Assembly: GCA_965262455.1 (NCBI GenBank)
Contig: CBDHFH010000008.1
Coordinates: 322,790-386,789, forward strand
Direction: 5' to 3'
Source of the DNA: Gammaproteobacteria bacterium
GTDB lineage: Bacteria; Pseudomonadota; Gammaproteobacteria; UBA4575
Length of the DNA: 64,000 bases
The notes below the pieces were generated by a model. The model saw nothing but the letters and a program-made list of their open reading frames with translations. It was not told where the DNA came from and did not search any database. Numbering within the stretch: the stretch's first letter is position 1; every line of letters begins with the position of its first letter. Of this stretch, positions 28,432-36,455 are shown piece by piece. A program made the translations under genes and the position numbers.

Positions 28432-29835
28432 TTAGCTTGCCAGTAGGGATTTGCCTTCACAGCTTTCTATAAAGCTGCTTTGATAATTTGGATTAACTAT
28501 TTTCATAATAGTTGGCGTTATATCAAGTATGGAAATTGTGTCGCCATTACTTTTTTCATACTTGAAGCAGGCTGGTAGATAAAGTAAGCCTGATGGGTCG
28601 TGTTCACCGCTCTTTATATCTTCTAATTTATAGAATAGATCGTAAAAGCTGACAATCTTACCGCCAATTGAAATCTTAAAGTCATTATCAATTTGATTGA
28701 ATAATTGGCAGCCAAAGGTAATCACGCCTCTTTCAACAGAAGTGACTTCAAAGACCTGTGTTTTATCGTCAATACTCTTAACGCTGGCTAATAAATCCAT
28801 GTAATAGTCAGTTTTATTCGGGTCTGTTAAGTTTAATTTGTATTCTTGCGCCATTATTGGGAACAGTTCTACTTCATCATTGTTGATGTTTAGTTGTTCC
28901 ATGATATCTGTTTCATTAATTAATCTATAATAATGTCTCCCACCAGAAGCTTCGTAGGCAACATAAGGGCGTTGGCTTAAGGCAGAACATGCAGCAAGTT
29001 TGTAACCGTGTTTAGCGGCAATTTTTATAAATTTACCTAACAGGATATCTAGACGTTGATACCCATAAAATACTGCATCCTTGTATAGCTCTTGATTTTC
29101 TTTACCAATTTCTTGATTAAATTTTTCTGGTTGAAGGTAACGCCAATATGCATGTTGTAAGTGTGCAACACTATTGGAGAAGAATGTAATAAATGTTGGT
29201 TTGCTTTCCTTGATAATTTTATATGCTAAATCAAATTGTATAAGGTCAAGTAGTGTGGCTTGTTTCCAACTATGTTTTTTATAGTTTATTCTTTGAATAA
29301 ATAGTTGTTGTAAGATCTTTAATATTGTCTTAAGCGTTAATCCATTCTTCCTTAAGTTATTAATTGCCTTAATTTTATTAATTGTTCCTTTTGTTTTATC
29401 TGAATATCCCATGACATTTTCTGAGATGAAGTCATAAGATTGTTGTAAATGTTCTGGATAGGTACTTTCACCGTTACACCAGGGATCAGGGATGTACGTA
29501 CTATTGTCGCCTTTGAAATTTTTAACATTCATGGAGCCTATTGAGGCAACATTCTTGCCATCTCTCAGTAGCGCTTGCCAGATATTTTCAAGTTCGCAAT
29601 TTAATCCATCGGTAAGTTCGAAGATTTTATGTGTATCATACGATTTACCAACATGAATTGAGTGCCATTGAATCCAAGGTTCTAAATTTGGAATATCTTC
29701 ATCTGACAGGGTGTTGAAAAAAGTAGAATTGTCTCTTAGCTCTTTAAAATTCTCTAGCTTCCCTTCGTTTATCCATGGGTCTATTAAGCTGATGCAAATT
29801 TCGTTTAACTCAAGGAATATAAGTTTATTGTCCAT
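28432..29835 (-). CDS. Divergent alkaline-phosphatase-superfamily (type I phosphodiesterase/nucleotide pyrophosphatase-like) protein, function unknown
   Basis: The N-terminus SLIDPWINEGKLENFKEL...EPWIQWHSIHVGKSYDTHKIF parallels the DGxxxDLIxPWxxEGKLPNLxxL...TxPAWxSxxTGxxPxxHGI pattern of PF01663-type proteins, recalled from memory. Later FFSNSVAHLQHAYW and GEHDPSGL segments also align in order. Confidence 0.4.
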   Translation of the reverse strand: MDNKLIFLELNEICISLIDPWINEGKLENFKELRDNSTFFNTLSDEDIPNLEPWIQWHSIHVGKSYDTHKIFELTDGLNCELENIWQALLRDGKNVASIGSMNVKNFKGDNSTYIPDPWCNGESTYPEHLQQSYDFISENVMGYSDKTKGTINKIKAINNLRKNGLTLKTILKILQQLFIQRINYKKHSWKQATLLDLIQFDLAYKIIKESKPTFITFFSNSVAHLQHAYWRYLQPEKFNQEIGKENQELYKDAVFYGYQRLDILLGKFIKIAAKHGYKLAACSALSQRPYVAYEASGGRHYYRLINETDIMEQLNINNDEVELFPIMAQEYKLNLTDPNKTDYYMDLLASVKSIDDKTQVFEVTSVERGVITFGCQLFNQIDNDFKISIGGKIVSFYDLFYKLEDIKSGEHDPSGLLYLPACFKYEKSNGDTISILDITPTIMKIVNPNYQSSFIESCEGKSLLAS

Positions 29836-30240
29836 AGGATAAAGTTCTCAATCTGAAGCTAAATAATATGCTTTTATAAAGTGTAAACCTTCTGTACGCG
29901 TGAGTTTATAAAATCTATTTCCTTGAAACTATGAATGAGTTCAATTTTTTGCGACGAATGGAATTAACATGCATGTTTCAATTGTTCATTTATTATTAGT
30001 CCGATAAATCACTGTTTTTGCTATAAAATGACTAGCGTTTGATGTGTCCTGGTAGTGAATATGCCAATTTTTAGACCACGGCAGTAAAATCTTTTTATCA
30101 ATCAGGTAAACACGCCTATCCGTTTCTATAGTAGAGGAATATGTTTGGTTGCTATGTTGTCCGCCAATGGAGTCGATCGTTATCTATATATTTAAATAAC
30201 GATAAATAATTATATTACATAGAACAACGTGGTGAGCTAA

Positions 30241-31023
30241 ATGCAATCGGAAAATGCAGCCGAGTACGAGAATGTACTTTATGGTGTGCAATTGAGTCAG
30301 CAAGATAAAATTGTACGTGAAAAATTAGAGCAGAGAATTCGTCCATATTTTCTTATAACCGGGTTTTTGTTTGCCTTTTTATTATTGGAAATATATCGCT
30401 GGTACATGCAAGTACCGCCCATGCCCTATGTCGTTTTAGGCTTGTTTTTAGCATCAGTGGTATTCGTTGCTTTTCAGCTTTCCGATTATAAAGATCATTT
30501 CCGCTTTTTGCGCTTGGGGAAAAAGGGTGAGCCAAATCTAGATGATGTGGTTAAGCATCATAGCGACGAATCAGGTAGTACAGTGTACAAGAATGTTGTG
30601 GTCGGTAAAGAGAGTGTGGACTATGTGATCGCTGGACAATACGGTGTCACGCTCGTAAATGTTTGTGATTGGCGTACACCTTCAAGCAATGAAGCGATGA
30701 TTGAGTACGACAATGAGCAAATATTATTAAACGGGTATCGTCCAGACACGAACCCAATTGAACCACTTAAAACTGTTAAACAGTGGATGGAAAACAAATT
30801 ATACGCAGGCTTAAGCAAGCCTATAGATGTTCAATGCGTGGTTGTATTTCCAGAATGGTTCGTTAAATCACCTACAAAGCCAGCTGTAGTTAAAGTGATT
30901 AACCCACGAGAAATGCATACTGTCTTGAGTGATCGAGGTGTAGAATTATCTGATAATGATAAATGTTTACTCAACTATCACATTACTAAGTTGATTAACA
31001 AGAAAAAGTCTAGCAATCGCTAG
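30241..31023 (+). CDS. Membrane-anchored NERD (nuclease-related) domain protein
   Basis: Two predicted N-terminal TM helices, followed by LGKKGEPNLDDVVKHH...VYKNVVVGKESVDYVIAGQYGVTLVNVCDW. This fits the G-x-x-GE ... D-x-V-(I/V) ... G-V-x-(V/L)-(E/V)-x-K NERD pattern. Confidence 0.5.
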   Translation: MQSENAAEYENVLYGVQLSQQDKIVREKLEQRIRPYFLITGFLFAFLLLEIYRWYMQVPPMPYVVLGLFLASVVFVAFQLSDYKDHFRFLRLGKKGEPNLDDVVKHHSDESGSTVYKNVVVGKESVDYVIAGQYGVTLVNVCDWRTPSSNEAMIEYDNEQILLNGYRPDTNPIEPLKTVKQWMENKLYAGLSKPIDVQCVVVFPEWFVKSPTKPAVVKVINPREMHTVLSDRGVELSDNDKCLLNYHITKLINKKKSSNR

Positions 31024-31036
31024 CTGTATCCGATTA

Positions 31037-31068
31037 AGCATACGAGTTATAGAGCAAACTCGTATGCT
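31037..31068. terminator. Bidirectional hairpin between the convergent NERD gene and the ferredoxin gene
   Basis: Perfect 12-bp stem AGCATACGAGTT / AACTCGTATGCT with an 8-nt loop, followed by AATTTT on the + strand. Confidence 0.6.
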
Positions 31069-31080
31069 AATTTTGCAAAA

Positions 31081-31395
31081 TTAGTTAATTGCGCCCTGCT
31101 CGAAGTCAACTTCAACTTCAATATCACTGGTAAGTCTAGACTGACAAGCTAGTACCATTCCATTTTTAAGCTGGTCGCCATCAAGCACATATGAAAAATC
31201 ATTAAGCGGTTTTATTTTTCCACTTTTTATAGTTGCACGACATGTACCACAGCTTCCGACTCGACAATCATGTGGCCATTCAATGCCTGCATTTAAGGCT
31301 GCCTGCAATAAGTTGATTCCACCCTTGACCTCGAATGTTTGACCAGTATTTAGAATGGTCGCTGTGAAGTCTTTCTTTTTTCCTAGTCCGAACAT
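31081..31395 (-). CDS. Plant-type 2Fe-2S ferredoxin
   Basis: CRVGSCGTC (C-x4-C-x2-C) plus the distal LACQS cysteine; 104 aa. Confidence 0.85.
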   Translation of the reverse strand: MFGLGKKKDFTATILNTGQTFEVKGGINLLQAALNAGIEWPHDCRVGSCGTCRATIKSGKIKPLNDFSYVLDGDQLKNGMVLACQSRLTSDIEVEVDFEQGAIN

Positions 31396-31527
31396 TTTAT
31401 AATCTCCAAGCTTTTCACTTCCAATGTAATACCCTAAGTCTTGTAGGGCGGCTAATTGTGACTGAATTTATATAATATTTTGGTTGTACTTGCTATTAAA
31501 GCTCATACAAGCTTAATCAAAATTAAA

Positions 31528-31701
31528 TTAGGTTTTGATGTTAAATGGTAGATAACCGGGACACCAAGCAGTGATTCCTGTAAAGATTGGTACAATTCCT
31601 ATAATTCCCCACCAAGAGGACATTGCAAGACCAATTCCGATAATTAATAAGCCGGCAAGAATTCTTACCATTCTATCTGTGTCACCCACATTGCATGTCA
31701 T
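31528..31701 (-). CDS. DUF2892 (YgaP-like) small membrane protein, 57 aa, absent from the ORF track
   Basis: Hand translation: MTCNVGDTDRMVRILAGLLIIGIGLAMSSWWGIIGIVPIFTGITAWCPGYLPFNIKT. The N-terminal NVG-x-x-DR-x-x-R and C-terminal CPxY motifs are typical of DUF2892. A GAGGAT RBS lies 7 nt upstream. Confidence 0.6.
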   Translation of the reverse strand: MTCNVGDTDRMVRILAGLLIIGIGLAMSSWWGIIGIVPIFTGITAWCPGYLPFNIKT

Positions 31702-31924
31702 GTTTATATCCTCTATTTATATACTGATTAATTAAGCTTTTTTAAGGCAAATTCGATTACACATATGGCTATACTACAGTGATTTGAGCCTGAAACATAA
31801 TTAGGTGTCTAGCTATAGTACAGATTGTGATTGATCAATCTTAGCTGCTCCAATTACCCACATTATGCTAGTGTACATAGTTTAGACATGATTTCTATAT
31901 ACAATTAGAAAAAGTGAAAGCACC

Positions 31925-32521
31925 ATGAAAGATAATGACGAAAACCACGGTCAGATGCATAGTGATAATAAAGATAGTCAGATAAATATGAGCGCAAAGG
32001 AACAAGGTTTTGAGTCTATGGTGCATGCATACTCAAAAGATCTTTATCGATATGGATATTGGTTAAGTAAGGACAGCGCTATTGCTGAAGATCTCGTGCA
32101 AGAGACATTTTTACGAGCATGGCGAGCCATTGACTCCCTGAACGATGCGAAAGCGGCAAAAAGTTGGCTATTTACAATCCTCAGGCGTGAAAATGCACGC
32201 CGATTTGAGAAAAAGAGTGCTCAAGCTGAGCTAACCTCGCTTGACGATGAAGTCGTCGAAATGTTTGCTGTAGTTGATGATGACTTTGCCAATATGGACA
32301 ACATGGCGGTGCGTTCAGCACTGCGAAAAATTCCTGCCTCTTATGCTGAGCCGCTAGTGCTTCAGGTAATCGGTGGTTATTCGTGTGATGAAATTGCGAC
32401 AATTATCGATGCTAAACCGGGTGCTGTGATGACGCGAGTGTTTCGGGCCAGACAGAAGCTAAGAGCGATTCTTGAGGATGAGGATACTTCCTCAGGCGCA
32501 TCTCTAAAGGTAGTTAAATAA
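31925..32521 (+). CDS. ECF (group IV) RNA polymerase sigma factor
   Basis: Sigma-70 region 2 (DLVQETFLRAWRA) and region 4 (GYSCDEIATIIDAKPGAVMTRVFRARQKL). Confidence 0.9.
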   Translation: MKDNDENHGQMHSDNKDSQINMSAKEQGFESMVHAYSKDLYRYGYWLSKDSAIAEDLVQETFLRAWRAIDSLNDAKAAKSWLFTILRRENARRFEKKSAQAELTSLDDEVVEMFAVVDDDFANMDNMAVRSALRKIPASYAEPLVLQVIGGYSCDEIATIIDAKPGAVMTRVFRARQKLRAILEDEDTSSGASLKVVK

Positions 32522-32522
32522 T

Positions 32523-33239
32523 ATGGAAGAGAAAGAGATGAATTGTTTATCTGTGAGAAGATTGATTACAACTGATATTTCTCTTGTGAAAGATGATGTC
32601 ATTAGTCATATGACAGGTTGTTCGACATGTAAGACTTTCTATGAAAAGCAACTTAAGTTCAATGGTGTGCTTAAAAAGGCTGTTGAAATTGATGTACCTG
32701 AAGGCTTGGCAGATCGAATATTAGTTGAACATCAACTTAGTCAAAAGCAAGAGCAGAGTAAAAAGAAATACAGCTGGAGCGCGATGGCCGCAAGCCTTGT
32801 ATTGGTGTTTGCTGTGGCCACGGTAACCACATTGCAATCGCCACCTGCAATTGCAGATGTGATTTTAGAGCATGTGCATGATGAAATGTGGATGTTGGAG
32901 GACAAGAGTCGCGTAACATTAGAGAGCTTAAATCAGTTGCTTAAACCTCATGGTGTCAGAGTAGATGAATCTATTGGTTTGGCAACTCATGCGGGTGATT
33001 GTGTGATTCAAGGTAAGCGAGGGGCGCATATTGTTTTCCAAGGTAAAAATGCACCAGTCACTATGATTGTTTTCCCAGAGTTGCTGGATCGCTCTGAACG
33101 GGTATTTATCAGCGATGATACATTTGAAGGTGTGCTTATGAATACTAAGAAAGGTACGCTTGCAATTTTATCAGAAGATAAGGAATCACTAGAGCATTTT
33201 GAACAGCAACTTACTTCGTCGCTGATGACTTTTATCTAA
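32523..33239 (+). CDS. Zinc-binding (ZAS-type) anti-sigma factor, DUF3379-like
   Basis: Starts 1 nt after the sigma gene's stop codon. H-x3-C-x2-C motif (HMTGCSTC), one central TM helix (AMAASLVLVFAVATV) and a periplasmic C-terminal domain. Confidence 0.7.
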   Translation: MEEKEMNCLSVRRLITTDISLVKDDVISHMTGCSTCKTFYEKQLKFNGVLKKAVEIDVPEGLADRILVEHQLSQKQEQSKKKYSWSAMAASLVLVFAVATVTTLQSPPAIADVILEHVHDEMWMLEDKSRVTLESLNQLLKPHGVRVDESIGLATHAGDCVIQGKRGAHIVFQGKNAPVTMIVFPELLDRSERVFISDDTFEGVLMNTKKGTLAILSEDKESLEHFEQQLTSSLMTFI

Positions 33240-33261
33240 TACAATCAAAATTTTCTGCATT

Positions 33262-33292
33262 AAAAAAGGCGCTTCAAAAGAAGCGCCTTTTT
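33262..33292. terminator. Bidirectional Rho-independent terminator (anti-sigma gene / sat)
   Basis: AAAAAAGGCGCTTC-AAAA-GAAGCGCCTTTTT: a GC-rich stem flanked by an A-run and a T-run. Confidence 0.75.
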
Positions 33293-33317
33293 AGTTTTAG
33301 TACTTTAAACTATCTAG

Positions 33318-34502
33318 CTAACTGTTCTGATAGTGATCCATGAGAATTTTTGCGACTTCCGGTCGTGCAAACTCCATTGGCAGATCTTGTCCCGCGGCAA
33401 GCATTTCTCGCACCTTGGTTCCAGATAATAAGACGAAGTCTTCTTTAGAGTGATCAGGTGCGTCACGCATCATCACAACTTTATCAAGTTTTTTGGAGTA
33501 CGCTGTGTGGTCTGCATTGAATATTTGTATTTCTAATGCATCTTCAGGGACGTCGTTGTCAAAAATAGTTTGTGCGTCGAAGGCGCCATAGTAGTCACCC
33601 ACGCCTGCATGATCACGTCCAATGATGAAATGAGTGCAACCACAATTTTGTCGAAATACAGCATGTAATACCGCTTCTCTCGGCCCTGCATACAGCATGT
33701 CAAAGCCATACCCTGTAATCATTACAGTGTTTGGTGGGAAGTATAGTTCCACCATTTTACGAATTGCTGCATCGCGAACAGGTGCAGGAATGTCACCAGG
33801 TTTTAGCTTTCCAAGTAACATATGGATGAGTACACCATCAGCGCCAGTGGATTCTTTCGCCATTTTACAAAGCTCTTCATGCGCACGGTGCATAGGATTA
33901 CGAGTTTGGAAGGCGACAATCTTTTTCCAGCCGCGCTCTGCAATTTCTGATCGAATCTGGCCGGCAGTACGGAATGTGCCAGGGAACTCTGTTTCGAAGT
34001 AACTGAAATTTAACACTTCTATTGGTCCTGCAACGATAAAATTGCCTTGTGAGGTAAATGTTGCGACCCCAGGATGATCTTGATCTTTTGTTGCATAGAC
34101 TTTTTCTGTTACTAAATCTAACTCTTCTTGAGATATTTCTTCAATGCTCTCAACAGTTTGAATGGCAATCACAGGATTACCTTCTACATTTGGGTCAAGT
34201 AAAGCAATTCGCTTGTGTCCATGTATGCCTGACACATCTTCACACAGATTAAGCACTGGTGTGGGCCAGAATAGGCCATTGCTTGTATGCAGGTTATTAG
34301 CAACACTTAAAGCATCGGCTTTATTCATGTAACCGTTTAAAGGAGTGAAGTAGCCGGCACCAAGCATGACTGCATTGGCGGCGCTAGCTGAGCTAACGAG
34401 TAACTGAGGTAATGTTTCTGCTTCTTTCATAAGTGCAGCGCGCTGTTCGTCACTGTCTACAAAAAGAGGGGTGAGTTCGGCTGCTCCATGCGGTTTAATC
34501 AT
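33318..34502 (-). CDS. sat: Sulfate adenylyltransferase (ATP sulfurylase, homo-oligomeric Sat type)
   Basis: QTRNPMHRAHEEL and GRDHAGVG motifs. The start was placed at MIKPHG (ATG 34502), which has a GAGGAG RBS 6 nt upstream; the track ORF extends to 34550. Confidence 0.92.
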   Translation of the reverse strand: MIKPHGAAELTPLFVDSDEQRAALMKEAETLPQLLVSSASAANAVMLGAGYFTPLNGYMNKADALSVANNLHTSNGLFWPTPVLNLCEDVSGIHGHKRIALLDPNVEGNPVIAIQTVESIEEISQEELDLVTEKVYATKDQDHPGVATFTSQGNFIVAGPIEVLNFSYFETEFPGTFRTAGQIRSEIAERGWKKIVAFQTRNPMHRAHEELCKMAKESTGADGVLIHMLLGKLKPGDIPAPVRDAAIRKMVELYFPPNTVMITGYGFDMLYAGPREAVLHAVFRQNCGCTHFIIGRDHAGVGDYYGAFDAQTIFDNDVPEDALEIQIFNADHTAYSKKLDKVVMMRDAPDHSKEDFVLLSGTKVREMLAAGQDLPMEFARPEVAKILMDHYQNS

Positions 34503-35147
34503 TGCGTGCTCCTCTGTTAAATTTATGTCGTTATTATTATTTTTTATCAATCAAATCTGCAGGATTTGGGTTCAATCAGTATTGCGCGGAATATTAACAT
34601 TAAGGCATTGGCGAGCAAACTGACGAGGCAGGCTAATTGAATTATTCATGATCACTAAAAATGCTTGGATTAATCAATATCCTGTTTTATTTCACATGGT
34701 TAAGGTAATCGATATCAATGGTTTAACAAGAAATAGTGTGCTGTTGCTGGTTAATCGCATAGCTCAAGTGTGCTGGGTGATACAAGCGTACTAATTTGTG
34801 TGGCCATTATCGTTACATCAATGTTGGCTAAATCGACTATTTTATTTATTTCAGGATATTCACATAAGTGAAGTCTTTGTTGAGATTCAAATGAGTAAAA
34901 ATTTTGGGTTTGATAGATGAATTTTTTGTTAATAAGCGTGATGATCATCACGAGAAGAATAAACTAAATATTACTAACATACAGATATCTCAAGATATTA
35001 TTCTGTGATCACTTTTGTAAGCTGATTTCACCCGACATAATGCGAATTAAAATCTAAATAAGATTTGTTAATTAGGTCACATTGCCTCATTAAGTGCCAT
35101 GCTAGTCTAAAACTCTACATCAGAGCAGGGAAAGTAGGGGATATTGT

Positions 35148-35348
35148 ATGTTGTTAACACTAGCTGTTGTCGTTGCATGGTTTGCAGGACTTTTAATTAT
35201 GTTCAGTGGATTTGAACGTTCACAGGAGCTAAAGTCTGGTGCATTAATCGTTGATCATGAAAAACGCAATAAACTTACTTATGGCCTAGGTCTTTATCTC
35301 GTTATCAGCCTTGGCTTACTGGTTATTTTCGTTACCACTTCTGCTTGA
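35148..35348 (+). CDS. Hypothetical 66-aa two-TM membrane protein
   Basis: Two clear hydrophobic helices and a GGGGA stretch upstream of the ATG. No homology recognised. Confidence 0.35.
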   Translation: MLLTLAVVVAWFAGLLIMFSGFERSQELKSGALIVDHEKRNKLTYGLGLYLVISLGLLVIFVTTSA

Positions 35349-35376
35349 TGATAACACGACTTACTATTATAAATAT

Positions 35377-35877
35377 CTAACTCGGCACGAAATGAAGTGC
35401 CGCACCATTACTACACCAACGTTCTCCTCTAGGCAGTGGTCCGTCCATGAATAAATGGCCATGGTGGCCTTCGCAGCGTGCGCATTTATAACCTCGTTCA
35501 GGGGGAATTGCCGAGAGATCAGTGTACGTCATTAGATGTCCCCGAATGTGATCATTAAAGCTTGGCCAACCGGTATGGCTTTCATATTTCATTTCTGAGG
35601 TGAATAAATCTAACTGGCATGCTTTACATTGATAGATTCCAGAACGCCATTCTTGATCCAGTGGGCTGGAACGTCTTACTTCTGTTTTACCTTTTCTTAA
35701 TATTTGATAGGCATCTTCGCTTAGTTTTAGTTTCCATTCATCGTCACTAAGAATCAGTTTTTCTATATCCTCAGCCGCGGTATATAACTGCTTACTTTTA
35801 CCAGATAAAATTTGCAAGTAAATAAAGCCGAAGAAGCCTGCACAGGCAAGTAAAATATTGCGGCGTGATTTATTCAT
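35377..35877 (-). CDS. msrB: Peptide-methionine (R)-S-oxide reductase MsrB with an N-terminal Tat-like signal/anchor
   Basis: SelR domain with two CxxC zinc motifs (CKACQ, CARCEG) and the catalytic RWCSNGAAL motif. The N-terminus is MNKSRRNILLACAGFFGF. Confidence 0.9.
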   Translation of the reverse strand: MNKSRRNILLACAGFFGFIYLQILSGKSKQLYTAAEDIEKLILSDDEWKLKLSEDAYQILRKGKTEVRRSSPLDQEWRSGIYQCKACQLDLFTSEMKYESHTGWPSFNDHIRGHLMTYTDLSAIPPERGYKCARCEGHHGHLFMDGPLPRGERWCSNGAALHFVPS

Positions 35878-36006
35878 TGATGATAGGGTTTAACAATGTA
35901 TATATTCTCAATAAAAAATTTAATAATGCTTAGTTCCCCATAGGTTAAGTATATACAGCTTAGCGATAAGATAAACGACAATAATATATTTTGAGGGCTT
36001 GCTGAT

Positions 36007-36306
36007 ATGGCGTATACCCCAAACGATGTAAAACAGTACTTTTTGCAATTAAATCGGGCCCTCACTGTGGGTTTAATAATTATCTTGATCATTGCTTCAA
36101 TGGTTTTCTGGTACACAGAGAGTTTATCTCTGCAATCATCGTCATCTCTAATTGGCGCAGCGTTTATGCTGCTAGCAGTGCTTTTTTATCAACTGCCTTA
36201 TATAAGTTTCTTGTTAACCCGGCGAAAATTTTCTGCTGAAAATAAACAAGGCATCGAAATTCTCGATTCTGGATGGAAAGTATTTAAAAAGTGGCTAGAA
36301 GCTTAG
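36007..36306 (+). CDS. Hypothetical 99-aa two-TM membrane protein
   Basis: Two hydrophobic helices and protein-like composition. Preferred over the overlapping antisense ORF at 35874-36116. Confidence 0.4.
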   Translation: MAYTPNDVKQYFLQLNRALTVGLIIILIIASMVFWYTESLSLQSSSSLIGAAFMLLAVLFYQLPYISFLLTRRKFSAENKQGIEILDSGWKVFKKWLEA

Positions 36307-36455
36307 TGGTCGTTATTCGCTTGCTTAAATAGTTATTTTTGCTGACCGCATAGTCATTTTAAAGGCAGTATTGTCGGGATATCAGCACTCACTTTACTCG
36401 CCTGCGGTAATCTCTCAATTATTGTGGAAAAAACTAACTTTTCGATATTTAAACC

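Noticed and set aside
28424-28441. Tandem AGCTTGCC..AGCTTGCC between the convergent merR-like and AlkP-like genes, as a possible insertion scar
   Set aside because: It is only 8 bp, and one copy overlaps a stop codon. There is no matching copy at the other end of the AT-rich islet.
34751-34951. 66-aa - strand ORF in the sat upstream gap
   Set aside because: AT-rich chance ORF with no RBS and no motif. It is treated as non-coding (see the long-gap finding).
35874-36116. 80-aa - strand ORF whose TGA overlaps the msrB ATG (ATGA)
   Set aside because: The ATGA overlap looks like translational coupling. However, the sequence is I/K/F/Y-rich AT-driven noise, and it overlaps the more protein-like two-TM + strand ORF at 36007-36306. 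A real upstream cistron remains possible but is unsupported.
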